From a virus (taxonomy: Duplodnaviria; Heunggongvirae; Uroviricota; Caudoviricetes): a stretch of DNA of 64,000 nucleotides. Made by a program: the position numbers and the translations under genes. A model generated the notes under the pieces. It searched no databases, was not told where the DNA came from, and saw only the letters and a list, made by a program, of their open reading frames with translations. Shown piece after piece: positions 53,699-63,460 of the stretch; position 1 is the first letter of the stretch; each line of letters opens with the position of its first letter. The stretch lies in IMG/VR virus record IMGVR_UViG_3300038443_000660, positions 66,082 to 130,081 of that record, one strand, 5' to 3'.

Positions 53699-53938
53699 TT
53701 AAACCCAAACAGTCCATACTTCTACTTGGTCTTCTGAAAATGAACGCCATTCTGAAATATCAACATCAAACACTTTGATAATATCAGGATTCACATAGCC
53801 ACCAGAACCGGTAGGATGTTTGTCCGCTGGAATCAAATCGAAATTCTTGGTGCAATTCATGTGCCTGATTGTACCATCTTTCTTGGTAAATGTTACATAA
53901 ACCGTACCGTTTTTCAAAGCATCTTTCAAATTATGCAT
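53699..53938 (-). CDS. hypothetical protein
   Basis: 79 aa ORF. Confidence 0.35.
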   Translation of the reverse strand: MHNLKDALKNGTVYVTFTKKDGTIRHMNCTKNFDLIPADKHPTGSGGYVNPDIIKVFDVDISEWRSFSEDQVEVWTVWV

Positions 53939-53951
53939 AGTTACTTTTCTC

Positions 53952-54236
53952 CTAATGTGTGTTTGCTATCAAAAGGTCGCCAATTTCATAAAGGGCTTCC
54001 TCATTATATTCCATATCCATCACCTGATTATATTCACATACCCATTCTGCCGAAAGCATTCTCGCCTTTGCTCTAACAACGACTTTTTCAACGACAATTT
54101 TCATTTCCTCGAAACTGGTTTCAGAAGTTACAGGACTGAAAATAGTTCCATTAGATGTTGCTGGTGCGCTTGTCGTGACCACAATGCCAGCAACAGCAAC
54201 AGAACCGACACCAGAGATAAATTCACGTCGATTCAT
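53952..54236 (-). CDS. small Tat-signal secreted protein
   Basis: MNRREFISGVGSVAVAGIVVTTSA twin-arginine motif plus h-region. Confidence 0.45.
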   Translation of the reverse strand: MNRREFISGVGSVAVAGIVVTTSAPATSNGTIFSPVTSETSFEEMKIVVEKVVVRAKARMLSAEWVCEYNQVMDMEYNEEALYEIGDLLIANTH

Positions 54237-54478
54237 TTAATACGCCTAATACACGCATCAGTAATCGAAACACAAGAATAATTATATCCCATGCTTCGAA
54301 TTTTGTTGGTATAGTCGTCATCAACTCGAATAATGTATGCGCCCCAACCCGGAGGATAATTTGAATCATCAGCATGTGCTACACCAGCCGATGGACCACG
54401 ACCACAAATTGTTCCGGTGATTCCATTCATCGATGGAATATTATAAAGTTCTACTCTATCACCTTCAAGAAACTTCAT
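54233..54478 (-). CDS. hypothetical protein
   Basis: 81 aa ORF. Confidence 0.35.
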   Translation of the reverse strand: MKFLEGDRVELYNIPSMNGITGTICGRGPSAGVAHADDSNYPPGWGAYIIRVDDDYTNKIRSMGYNYSCVSITDACIRRIK

Positions 54479-54647
54479 CGACGTTCTCCCTTAGTTGCTA
54501 TCCACAATACTCCATATCCAGCTAAAAGCATAGCAATACCTATCAACGGAAAATAAACTGGTATGTAAAAATCATAGCCTCTCGATAAGAGAATGAAGGC
54601 TATGATTCCGACACACCAGACAGAAAACAAAATATATGGAAGATTCT

Positions 54648-55049
54648 TCATTTCTCTGGATACCGCCAGTAGAATTGTTCACGATACCCTTCCGCAATCT
54701 TGCTGTCAACAGTTTCATTCCAAACTCGTTTTGCCATTCCATCAGGAAGTTCTTTGGCGGCTTCACGAATATTCATAAGTTGTTCACGACCACGCCGATA
54801 TACCGAACCATCATCGGAATACATATGGGTCAAATCATGGCTAACGCACATATTTCGAAAAAGTTCTTCCAATACAGAGTCATACAGTTTCATATATGCA
54901 ATTGGATGGTCTGAACCGGTTCGTTGCCAAGAAAAAATATTCTGTGCTGGAATAACTCGGCCATCCGACATCTTGGCCAGATAGAAACGAGGGAATTTCA
55001 TCGGCTTGTCGTTCGAAGTATGTTCAATCCAATTTTCAGCTTCATCCAT
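54648..55049 (-). CDS. hypothetical protein
   Basis: 133 aa ORF downstream of a promoter. Confidence 0.4.
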   Translation of the reverse strand: MDEAENWIEHTSNDKPMKFPRFYLAKMSDGRVIPAQNIFSWQRTGSDHPIAYMKLYDSVLEELFRNMCVSHDLTHMYSDDGSVYRRGREQLMNIREAAKELPDGMAKRVWNETVDSKIAEGYREQFYWRYPEK

Positions 55050-55085
55050 AATACTTCACCATATCCATGCGATAATCTTTATTAT

Positions 55086-55113
55086 AGAATATAGGTTCTA
55101 TCGAAAATGTCAA
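55086..55113 (-). promoter_or_regulatory. sigma70-like promoter TTGACA-N16-TATTCT
   Basis: Minus strand: TTGACATTTTCGATAGAACCTATATTCT. Confidence 0.45.
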
Positions 55114-55340
55114 GCCCCGTTTAGAACTTTGCACCAGCACTGATTGGGCGACAAAATCCATCCTTCCATAATCAAATTTTGACCGATATCGGACTGAATA
55201 TCAATTTCACTAACAGAAACATCAGAATAAACAGTACAGTATCGGAATTCTACATTGATAGGACGGCCAATGTATTGCTCGATTTCCTGTATTACCTTGG
55301 TCCAGTTCATCATCTTCACTCCATCACCAGAACTAGCCAA
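55110..55340 (-). CDS. hypothetical protein
   Basis: 76 aa ORF. Confidence 0.3.
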   Translation of the reverse strand: MASSGDGVKMMNWTKVIQEIEQYIGRPINVEFRYCTVYSDVSVSEIDIQSDIGQNLIMEGWILSPNQCWCKVLNGA

Positions 55341-55367
55341 CCATACTCGAAAAATCTTAACAAATGG

Positions 55368-55799
55368 TTAAGCGGCCTTGATAATTCGGTAAATTGCAAT
55401 AGTATTGAAAGTTTGAATGACCGTCGCAAAAATCACGAATTGGGCGAATGTATGCATCCAATATATTGCGTTAAACGAAAAAATAAACATGATTGCAACA
55501 GATAGAGCAACATCGCTTAGGGGCTTCAAAAACCAAAGCTTTTCTAATTTATGACGAATAAATTTTTCTGGTTCATTTACAACCGCTGATTTAATAAATG
55601 GCTTCAAGAAAATGAAAGCGAATGAACAGAGTATCACCATTAGAATATAGATGATAGACATTGCAGCATAAGGAACCACGGAAACACTATATGAAGACAA
55701 GAAAACCATTAAGTAAACCGAAAGCATATATCCCGCTCTGGTCAAAATAAATTTATAAGTTTCAGTAGCGTTAACGGCTTTCATTTCTAGTTCAGTCAT
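55368..55799 (-). CDS. membrane protein
   Basis: 143 aa with 4 predicted TM helices. Confidence 0.4.
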   Translation of the reverse strand: MTELEMKAVNATETYKFILTRAGYMLSVYLMVFLSSYSVSVVPYAAMSIIYILMVILCSFAFIFLKPFIKSAVVNEPEKFIRHKLEKLWFLKPLSDVALSVAIMFIFSFNAIYWMHTFAQFVIFATVIQTFNTIAIYRIIKAA

Positions 55800-55839
55800 A
55801 TAATGTTTCCGTGATTGTATTGTACGTTATTTGTGAGAA

Positions 55840-56529
55840 TTACGAATTAATAGCAGTCTTTTCTTCATCAGTCATGTATGAGGCCGAAGCTGATGCAGTA
55901 GCTGCATATCTTATGCTTGAGCCTACCAAGGAACGAGCCGTATCCATAAAGTTTACCGGATTATAGGCATTAAGTGTTCCTAGATTTGAAACGATTTTTG
56001 CACCACCATTGAATGCTTCAAGCGTAGCACCAAGATATGTTACCGGCCAATTCTTCTTTTCATACTTAGCCAGAAGTTTCTTGGTATCTTCTAAAGAATG
56101 TTCGGTGGAAACATTTTCGTCACCATCCGTAATGATAACAAACTGAACCAAATCAGTTTTCTTCAAACCATTCTTCTTAGGAGTAGAGCCAAATTCACAA
56201 ATTGCATCGTACAGCGGCGTCATACCCCTTGGTGCAATTGACTTGTCATTGGCGGAAAATTCCGTCCAGTTTGAAGCATTCATGTATTTGTATTGAAGAA
56301 TCGGTTCAAGCCTAGACGAACCGTCATTGTAGAGGCGGTTGAAGTTCGGATAGGCTTCCTTGTCAAAGAATGCCAGTGTCAACAAAACATTGACATCATT
56401 ATTGCTTTTTAGTGTATTTAAATACTCATTCAAAGTTGCAATAGTCTTAGACCAATGAGTAGACATAGAACCAGTACGGTCAACCAAAACATATAGATTA
56501 AGAGTCTTCTTTTCAGTGTTAGTAGTCAA
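55840..56529 (-). CDS. von Willebrand factor A (vWA) domain protein
   Basis: MIDAS motif LVDRTGSMS; later VIITDGDEN. Confidence 0.6.
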   Translation of the reverse strand: MTTNTEKKTLNLYVLVDRTGSMSTHWSKTIATLNEYLNTLKSNNDVNVLLTLAFFDKEAYPNFNRLYNDGSSRLEPILQYKYMNASNWTEFSANDKSIAPRGMTPLYDAICEFGSTPKKNGLKKTDLVQFVIITDGDENVSTEHSLEDTKKLLAKYEKKNWPVTYLGATLEAFNGGAKIVSNLGTLNAYNPVNFMDTARSLVGSSIRYAATASASASYMTDEEKTAINS

Positions 56530-56560
56530 AATTTTCCTCGAATTGTTTGAGTTGTAGATA

Positions 56561-56583
56561 AAATAAAAGGGCCATTCAGGCCC
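56561..56583 (-). terminator. rho-independent terminator closing the ORF-free region
   Basis: gggcc-attca-ggccc with TTTTATTTT on the minus strand. Confidence 0.55.
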
Positions 56584-56585
56584 AT

Positions 56586-57425
56586 ATTATAAATTTCAAA
56601 GATATAAGTGAAACGTTGAGATTTAAGTTTCGCCACGGCCTTTCAGGACATTATAGGTTTGTTGCGCAAACCCTTCTTCCCTTATCCACCACCTTTTGAG
56701 TGGTATCCGCTAGGAATTTTTTGTATTCGACATCCACGATTTACTCGGCAACTTCTACATTAAATAGACCGGCCAAAGTCCACCTAATATTTCCCTTACC
56801 AAATTCCAACTACCTTGCGGGTAATCAGAACACCATATTCTGTTTCCAGTATGGTATTAATTCCCTTCATCGTGAACCGGAACAGACTTTGCTTTTTTAT
56901 AATAGACATTGGAATTGAACCAATATTCTATCGCTCCAAATGCGATTGCCTTACCATTCGGCTAGTCTGTAACCCACCAAGACGTGCTGTTCCAGTTGTT
57001 CCATAAACTTTTGGTCTACAGAATGCAACACGCCTCATATTTTCGACTTGCGGTCTACTCATGATCTTTCAAGAATCAGTTACCTTGCGGTCCCAAATCC
57101 TATCAGAATGACATTCGCCCTTGTCTGCTAAACTCGGACTAAAAATGCCCCAAAACGTTAGCTATCAACCATGGATAAGTTTTGCGTGGTATAAGATGCT
57201 TGCGGCATCGATTTCGGTCCAGTGTTACCCAACCTAATCTTTTTCTACCCTTATCGTCCGATCTATTTCCAACCTTGCGATTGAAACCATGCCTAAGTCT
57301 ATCAAACTCGTGCATGAAGCCCGTTCGCCGTATGCAACCTCTATTTCTAGAGTCGATAGAAACATGGGATTTCTATCTGTCAGAGTGTTACCACTCCTAT
57401 CATCACACGGAAAAATTCCTTGGTA
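56586..57425 (-). ncRNA. candidate large structured non-coding RNA (~0.85 kb, unclassified)
   Basis: No ORF over 85 aa; GC-richer than the backbone; at least five CCGCAAGG-type hairpins with GCAA (GNRA) loops on the minus strand; terminator at the 3' side. Confidence 0.35.
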
Positions 57426-57956
57426 TTAGTTACCATTGACTAATACAATTTTCTCCACAAATGTAATAGCTTTAGATATTTCTATCTTAAACCATTCTCC
57501 GTTGTTTTCGTAGCCAACCAATTCTTTTATTAGTAATTGTTCAGCCAATTTTCTATCATTAACTTGTCTTAAGTGACATAAGTTATATGATCTTGTTGGA
57601 TCACCAGTTTGATAAACTGATAGTCTTCGTTTTATGTTTAAAGCACATCCAATTTTAACCCAACCGGGCCATGCCTTATTTTCTATAACATAAACTGAAC
57701 CACTTTTTTGTGAATTTTGCGTTCCTACTACTCTATTCGCATCTTCACAAACAGATTCAACGTTTATTTTTACTTCTTTTAAGATTCTCTCTTTTTTTCG
57801 AGTTTCTTTCTGTAAGGCGATGTTCTGCTTTCTCTTATTACGCCTACCATTCAATGTCAAGTTTTTGTTTCTTGTTGTTATTTGGCAGGCGACACATGTT
57901 TTTTCATAACTATCATGCTTTGAACATGTCCATTTATAATTGTTTATGAAGGACAT
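57426..57956 (-). CDS. T5orf172-domain (GIY-YIG-like) protein with N-terminal Cys cluster
   Basis: GSVYVIENKAWPGWVKIGCALNIKRRLSVYQTGDP...EWFKI; N-term CSKHDSYEKTCVAC. Confidence 0.55.
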   Translation of the reverse strand: MSFINNYKWTCSKHDSYEKTCVACQITTRNKNLTLNGRRNKRKQNIALQKETRKKERILKEVKINVESVCEDANRVVGTQNSQKSGSVYVIENKAWPGWVKIGCALNIKRRLSVYQTGDPTRSYNLCHLRQVNDRKLAEQLLIKELVGYENNGEWFKIEISKAITFVEKIVLVNGN

Positions 57957-58152
57957 TTCATTATCTTTTTCATATCTAGGAGTGGTGTCTTAAAAAGCTG
58001 ACAGACTCTCTTATTAGACGACTGCATAAGCAGAATGGACTTTACACCATCATTGCCACTTATTTCTTTAACGATTGTTCAAGAAAACAGTTTATTTTGA
58101 ACTATTTGCTTCAACAATCAGTATTCATTTAATATAGTTTATTTAGTTCCCT

Positions 58153-58450
58153 TTGTCAACAAGAAAATTTAAAATTTTCCAACTATTTTCATTTTTTTCA
58201 ACTTTTTTCGTTGGTATTGGGAGAATGGACAGGCTCTAGAAACCCATGCTTTCGACTTCCCATATTGTGCAAGTTTTTTAACCTTTTCCATTTAGATGGT
58301 TAGCAGGCCATCTATCGAAAGAAAAGCTGTGAATTGCTAGTCCACCACTTGCACCCAAGTTATGTTGTTGTTGACACTACCCTATTCTTTTTCGTGTGTC
58401 AACAAGGAAATTCAAAATTTTCTAACTATTTTCACTTTTTCTCTAGAATT
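58153..58450. repeat. two ~53 bp direct repeats (tgtcaacaag-aaaattyaaaattttcyaactattttcay-ttttt)
   Basis: Copies at ~58153-58205 and ~58388-58440; related ttttcactttttctctagaa again at 58751-58770. Confidence 0.55.
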
Positions 58451-58671
58451 TCGATTTCAGCGAAAGAAAGACGAACAATCGGCTTTCCATAGTCATTTGT
58501 CTCACGCTTCTTGAAGGTAACTTTGTAACGATTACCCTCCATCTTTTCCATGGAAGCGTAAATGGTCCTCGTGCCAGCAGTCATGGACTTATTGTCCACC
58601 ATCCACTGAATGATTTCACGCTGTCTAGCAGTCACATGACGGGCAGCTACAATCTTGTACGAAGCAGACAT
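58432..58671 (-). CDS. hypothetical protein
   Basis: 79 aa ORF. Confidence 0.35.
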   Translation of the reverse strand: MSASYKIVAARHVTARQREIIQWMVDNKSMTAGTRTIYASMEKMEGNRYKVTFKKRETNDYGKPIVRLSFAEIEILEKK

Positions 58672-58747
58672 TTATCCCTCCAACCAATCTACAATCAAAA
58701 CGTACTATAGATTAGAAAGAATGTCAACTCATAAAAAAAATGTATTT

Positions 58748-58939
58748 TCACTTTTTCTCTAGAAATCTATTTTCAGTTTCACGAATGAACAGACATGTCG
58801 TGGAATGTATTCCACAATATTCACGTTCTATCATTTCAATCAATTTCCATCCAAAATCGCCTTGTTCATTCAGCCATTCTATGGATATCTGGGTCTTTTT
58901 ACCCGGATTGATATGTTTCTTATATTCGTATTGTTTCAT
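58748..58939 (-). CDS. hypothetical protein
   Basis: 63 aa ORF. Confidence 0.3.
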   Translation of the reverse strand: MKQYEYKKHINPGKKTQISIEWLNEQGDFGWKLIEMIEREYCGIHSTTCLFIRETENRFLEKK

Positions 58940-58941
58940 GG

Positions 58942-59364
58942 TTAATCCATCCTGCTACCCGGATAGGCGTTGATACCAGCTTCCCGAAGGACATTGGCAA
59001 AGGCACGAGCGTAAGCTTCCTTTCGCTGCATCGACTGCCCGCCTTCCGAAACCCAAATCTCATAGCCGCCATAGTATCCGGCATGGCCACGAACGCCGTT
59101 CTTCTTGCACCACGTCACAAACGGGCCTCGACCGGGCGCAATCGTCACCCACGCAAAACCACAAACCCCGCCTTCCTCGTAATAGGTCGGCTTCGAATAA
59201 TCGATCTTGTCAGACAGGCCGATGGCCGAACCGACAATCATTGGGACAGGGCGAGTCGCCTCAAGGGCAGCAAGACCAGCCGCACGAGCCTTCTCATAAA
59301 GAATGCCCGCCTGCTTAGGCGTCATCTTGACCGACTTCTTAACCGAATTCTCCATTTCTCTCAT
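58942..59364 (-). CDS. hypothetical protein (GC-rich)
   Basis: 140 aa, Gly/Ala-rich, ~55 percent GC. Confidence 0.45.
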   Translation of the reverse strand: MREMENSVKKSVKMTPKQAGILYEKARAAGLAALEATRPVPMIVGSAIGLSDKIDYSKPTYYEEGGVCGFAWVTIAPGRGPFVTWCKKNGVRGHAGYYGGYEIWVSEGGQSMQRKEAYARAFANVLREAGINAYPGSRMD

Positions 59365-59398
59365 TCTCCTAAAAAGAGGAAACCAACGATGTATCTTT

Positions 59399-59427
59399 TA
59401 TATAGAATGAAATTGTAGAAGTGTCAA
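59399..59427 (-). promoter_or_regulatory. sigma70-like promoter TTGACA-N17-TATATA
   Basis: Minus strand: TTGACACTTCTACAATTTCATTCTATATA. Confidence 0.55.
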
Positions 59428-59447
59428 GCGGTCATTTTCAAAATGTT

Positions 59448-59539
59448 TGGTAGGGGACCAAGGATTTGAACCTTGTCGAGAACGATAATCTGTCGCTGAA
59501 AGGTTTATAAAACCTCCCTGTGTACCAACACCATCCCCC
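59448..59539 (-). tRNA. tRNA-like gene, 92 nt, anticodon possibly UAU, very long variable region
   Basis: Acceptor GGGGGAT/GTCCCCT (two G-U) plus A plus CCA, T arm CAAGG-TTCAAAT-CCTTG, anticodon stem GAGGT/ACCTT with loop TTTATAA, ~24-nt variable region. Confidence 0.4.
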
Positions 59540-59545
59540 AATTTC

Positions 59546-59878
59546 TCACGTATCCGAACTCTCAAAATATTTTTGAGGCAGGAAGGAAACCACAGAATTC
59601 CTTTGGTTGTCATAGGCAATAGGGACATTAGTTCCTGCCAAATTCATGGCAAAAATAGAAATTCTGTTGGTCTTATGTTCAAGAAACATAGCTTCGCCGT
59701 TCTGAATCTGATTCTTGATATGATAGATATCGGATTCAGAAAAATTCAAATCATATCGCTCTTTAGCCCTAGTCTGTGCGTGTTTGGTTTGAGCGTTGAT
59801 TTTGTTCTTATACTTTCTTGACTTCTTTCTCGGATTTCCCGTTTTCTTCATTTTTTGCTCCATTAATTTCGTCATCAA
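59546..59878 (-). CDS. hypothetical protein
   Basis: 110 aa basic ORF. Confidence 0.35.
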   Translation of the reverse strand: MMTKLMEQKMKKTGNPRKKSRKYKNKINAQTKHAQTRAKERYDLNFSESDIYHIKNQIQNGEAMFLEHKTNRISIFAMNLAGTNVPIAYDNQRNSVVSFLPQKYFESSDT

Positions 59879-60146
59879 AATAATGCGAGATTTTCAGATA
59901 TTCTTCCTCGGAAAGCAGAACATCATGATAGTAATATCCGTTATTTTCGATACCAAGAATATACTTAATGCCTAACCACAGACGCTTGGTGAACCTAAAC
60001 TTCGCCAAGGTTGCGTGAATTGTATATTCTATCGAGTCGGGATAGTCATCACCCCAATCATGTCGTTCTATAAGAATATGATGTTCAACATCAGGACATG
60101 TACAGGGAATAAATTTTACATTTCGCTTAGGTTGCAGATTGTTCAT
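59808..60146 (-). CDS. hypothetical protein
   Basis: 112 aa ORF. Confidence 0.35.
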   Translation of the reverse strand: MNNLQPKRNVKFIPCTCPDVEHHILIERHDWGDDYPDSIEYTIHATLAKFRFTKRLWLGIKYILGIENNGYYYHDVLLSEEEYLKISHYFDDEINGAKNEENGKSEKEVKKV

Positions 60147-60576
60147 TATATTTCTTTCCAGATGTATCTTTCAGGTTCGTCATAAAATCATTGCAGGCTT
60201 CAATGATGATATCGACCGGAAGATTGAATTTTTCAGTCATATATGACAAAAACGATACCGTGTCAAATGTTCCGTGACGATGTTTCCAATATTCGTATTC
60301 GATAAAACATTTCAACGGTAACGGGTCCGACGAAAAATAAAAAAATTTTTTTTGGTTCGTCTCTGTGATTTTCATGAAATCGATGAACGGGAACCACACC
60401 CATTTGATATGGGTTTTTCTGGAAATCCTACCGTCTAATTCATATTCCCACTTGGTTTTTTTTCTGATGCCAATCAAAGGCAAAATTTTGTATTTCATCC
60501 GCTTTTTGAATGCGGTGCCGAGTAGAATATACCTAGTCGTATTGTCGTCAAATAACTTGAATTTAATAGTTCTCAT
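60127..60576 (-). CDS. hypothetical protein
   Basis: 149 aa ORF. Confidence 0.4.
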   Translation of the reverse strand: MRTIKFKLFDDNTTRYILLGTAFKKRMKYKILPLIGIRKKTKWEYELDGRISRKTHIKWVWFPFIDFMKITETNQKKFFYFSSDPLPLKCFIEYEYWKHRHGTFDTVSFLSYMTEKFNLPVDIIIEACNDFMTNLKDTSGKKYNEQSAT

Positions 60577-60867
60577 TTACGATATTTTAGAATATTTATT
60601 CAAGAATTCGTCATTTTTTAGGATTTCTATATTATCGGTTTCAGGATTATGGACAATCCAATCCAATTCATAGATGTGATAATGCACATTATTTTTGTAA
60701 TACAGCGATATATAATTGGGACCATAGTCTGTGCAAACAGAAAAAATTGAACTTAAATCAATCCAATTGGGTAATTTGACTTTTGCTACGTTAAATTCGA
60801 CTTGACTACCTTCTATATGAACACATTGGATTGCGGTAAATTCGACCGGTTTCTTCGTATAAATCAC
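60577..60867 (-). CDS. hypothetical protein
   Basis: 96 aa ORF. Confidence 0.35.
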   Translation of the reverse strand: MIYTKKPVEFTAIQCVHIEGSQVEFNVAKVKLPNWIDLSSIFSVCTDYGPNYISLYYKNNVHYHIYELDWIVHNPETDNIEILKNDEFLNKYSKIS

Positions 60868-60987
60868 TTCGAACCACCAGAAAATTTATCTGCCAAGAAC
60901 GCCATGACAAAAGCAAAACCAACCATGACGCTAATCAAAAGACCTGTAGCAAGCAATGCTTGTGCAATTTCTGTACCAGTACCCATG

Positions 60988-61392
60988 TTATTTCCTTTCT
61001 AAAATTTCTTTTGTTCCATCTGGAAAAACTATGTCAATTGGGGATTTTAAACGAAGCATATCGTTAGCTTCGATAATCATTCTATCTGTGAAATATCCTT
61101 CGATAGTGAATGGGAGTGCATCTGTATTTTCTACTGTAACTATCTCATATGCAACAATTTCGCATTCCATATACGGAAGAAATGCTCCAAATAAGCGAAC
61201 AGTTTCCCGTTTGCTATCAGAATAACATCTATATCCATAATCTCTATGGATAGCTTGGTTCAAATGATTTTTTAGAGCGCCAAGAGAAGCCCATGATTTT
61301 CCAGATTTGGTAAATGTTGGACTTGTTCCACCGGTAGAGAATAATCCATCAGATTTACGGCGAATCTTGTAGACGTATTTCTTGTTTGTCAT
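60988..61392 (-). CDS. hypothetical protein
   Basis: 134 aa ORF. Confidence 0.4.
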   Translation of the reverse strand: MTNKKYVYKIRRKSDGLFSTGGTSPTFTKSGKSWASLGALKNHLNQAIHRDYGYRCYSDSKRETVRLFGAFLPYMECEIVAYEIVTVENTDALPFTIEGYFTDRMIIEANDMLRLKSPIDIVFPDGTKEILERK

Positions 61393-61469
61393 ACGGGACT
61401 TTCTGAAAGAAATTTCAGAAGAACCGACGATTGTTTCCTGTAGTCGGATTTACAATCGTCGGTTCTTGA

Positions 61470-61546
<77 letters not shown>

Positions 61547-61573
61547 TATTCGTTATATATTTATGTTATCCTA

Positions 61574-62110
61574 CTATACTTTCCAATAATCGTCAAGCTT
61601 TTTATTCACATATTCGTTTCGCAACTCTCGATACACATATTGCCACTGAATACCATGATATTTTCTTTCTCTTTCATAGTCGGATGGTATCAAATCCGGC
61701 GAATATGCGTGATACGTAACCGGCACAGGCACTTTCAATTTCTTGTAGATATTGTGCATCATCACAACGGCATGTGCCATTTCATGGCATAAAACCACCT
61801 GCAATGAGTGTTTCCATGTTACTGGATGCTCGATAGAACCGATTTCTTCATCTGCTTCTATATGGGCATATTCATAGTACCCACAAATAGTATAATCGGT
61901 TATATAGAGAACCGAAATCTGAATATACGGTTCGTATCGTTTTCGAACCTTTTTTACTCCCCCTAAACATCCCTCATTTTTGTCGGTCACATTTAAAATT
62001 ACGTCTGGGAAACTTCGATAAATTGCAGTTTCGTTTAAGTAGCCCCTCATGTTGTTTATTGTTTCTGTCGCAAATTCCTTCATCGCCGCTAAATTATCTG
62101 GTTTCAACAT
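61574..62110 (-). CDS. SprT-like zinc metalloprotease domain protein
   Basis: HExxH motif LCHEMAHAV; 178 aa. Confidence 0.45.
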   Translation of the reverse strand: MLKPDNLAAMKEFATETINNMRGYLNETAIYRSFPDVILNVTDKNEGCLGGVKKVRKRYEPYIQISVLYITDYTICGYYEYAHIEADEEIGSIEHPVTWKHSLQVVLCHEMAHAVVMMHNIYKKLKVPVPVTYHAYSPDLIPSDYERERKYHGIQWQYVYRELRNEYVNKKLDDYWKV

Positions 62111-62240
62111 GTTGCCTCATCAACAAATTGTTAAACTTGATTCTTTCAACTTAAACGTTCAAACGAGGCAGGTCAAGCCAAAATTACACGTTGAAATGAA
62201 TCTTTATCTCGGAAACTGTGGATAACCTACAAAATAGTGT

Positions 62241-62435
62241 TTAGAAACTAGACCTTCCCCGCAGTTCTTCATATTCCGATTCGGTCATTTTCATTATCGT
62301 CATTGACCCCTTCATACTCAAATATTGTGAATTAAACTTCATCCTATGTTTTATAGATGGTTTTTCCATAGAATAAAACACAATATAATTATCATCCTTC
62401 GGGTCAGACTTGAAAACTATAAACTTGTTCATCAA
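62241..62435 (-). CDS. hypothetical protein
   Basis: 64 aa ORF. Confidence 0.3.
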   Translation of the reverse strand: MMNKFIVFKSDPKDDNYIVFYSMEKPSIKHRMKFNSQYLSMKGSMTIMKMTESEYEELRGRSSF

Positions 62436-62644
62436 CTAAAATTTGCCTTTGCGCACAATTCTTCATATTCTTGGTCGGTTAATAATCCACTCTTATTGAG
62501 ATATTTTTGTGCCACATATTTTTTCACCCATTTCTTTTTACCCATAGAAATCAATTTTGCTGTGGAATGCATCATATATTTCCCCTCCAAGAAACTGATA
62601 AAATCTGATTCTCCAAAATTCAGGATAAAAAACACTTGCTTCAT
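62432..62644 (-). CDS. hypothetical protein
   Basis: 70 aa ORF. Confidence 0.3.
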   Translation of the reverse strand: MKQVFFILNFGESDFISFLEGKYMMHSTAKLISMGKKKWVKKYVAQKYLNKSGLLTDQEYEELCAKANFS

Positions 62645-63009
62645 TCAATATCTTTCCAAAGTACAGGATTTAGTGGATACTCTGAATCTTCATCATCATG
62701 CTTGAACCACCAATCGGGCATAGACACTATTGGACCCCAACCTTCTCCCGACAAATCTTCATCAAAGCCACCACCAAAATCGGCCAAATACAACCCGTTT
62801 GGAGAATGGCCATTCCCTTCTACCCATGCAGCATAGGTCGTGATGCACTTTCCAGTAGGGTCGTCCAAATCTTGGTATGTATCGGCATCATGGTCATGAT
62901 AAACGAGAATTACACGGTCCTTCGGTGCAGAATCCATCGTTTTCATTTTGGATTTGATTAATTCCAAATTTTTAAAATTTCTTAGTGAGTACAAAATTTC
63001 GTTTGACAT
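62641..63009 (-). CDS. hypothetical protein
   Basis: 122 aa acidic ORF. Confidence 0.4.
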   Translation of the reverse strand: MSNEILYSLRNFKNLELIKSKMKTMDSAPKDRVILVYHDHDADTYQDLDDPTGKCITTYAAWVEGNGHSPNGLYLADFGGGFDEDLSGEGWGPIVSMPDWWFKHDDEDSEYPLNPVLWKDIE

Positions 63010-63010
63010 T

Positions 63011-63460
63011 TTAACCCTTTGGTAAGATTACAAGCCCGTCCAACCATGGAACAACCAAAACCGGAATGGAATAATATCTTCCCGTATAACCATTTCGCAA
63101 TGAAGTTGTCACGTCGAATCGATACAATGATTTTGACGAATCCAAGTTCATCAAATTTGCAAATTGTTCTTGTCCAATGTATATTATTAGCTGTTCTGGA
63201 TTGTACATGGAACAAATGTCATTAATGTTTTTGACATTTTTGAATATGAAATCATCCAGACGTTTTTGTTCTAATTCAGTAAATTTGAATACTTCATATG
63301 TTTCCCCATATAAATGTGTTTTTATTGCAGAAATTTTATGGAGAATTTTCCAGCAAATATCAGCCAACCACTTGTATTTTTGTGGCTTATATTCATATTT
63401 CGGTTCGTCAAGAATTTTTCTGTGTTTTCTAGAAGTGATAACAAAAGTTTTTATTTGCAA
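63011..63460 (-). CDS. hypothetical protein
   Basis: 149 aa ORF. Confidence 0.4.
   Translation of the reverse strand: MQIKTFVITSRKHRKILDEPKYEYKPQKYKWLADICWKILHKISAIKTHLYGETYEVFKFTELEQKRLDDFIFKNVKNINDICSMYNPEQLIIYIGQEQFANLMNLDSSKSLYRFDVTTSLRNGYTGRYYSIPVLVVPWLDGLVILPKG

Noticed and set aside
56586-57425. Possibility that the ORF-free region is a captured 16S rRNA fragment (GTTACCTTG resembles the 1492R site)
   Set aside because: Similarity is limited to 9 nt; no other rRNA signature blocks.
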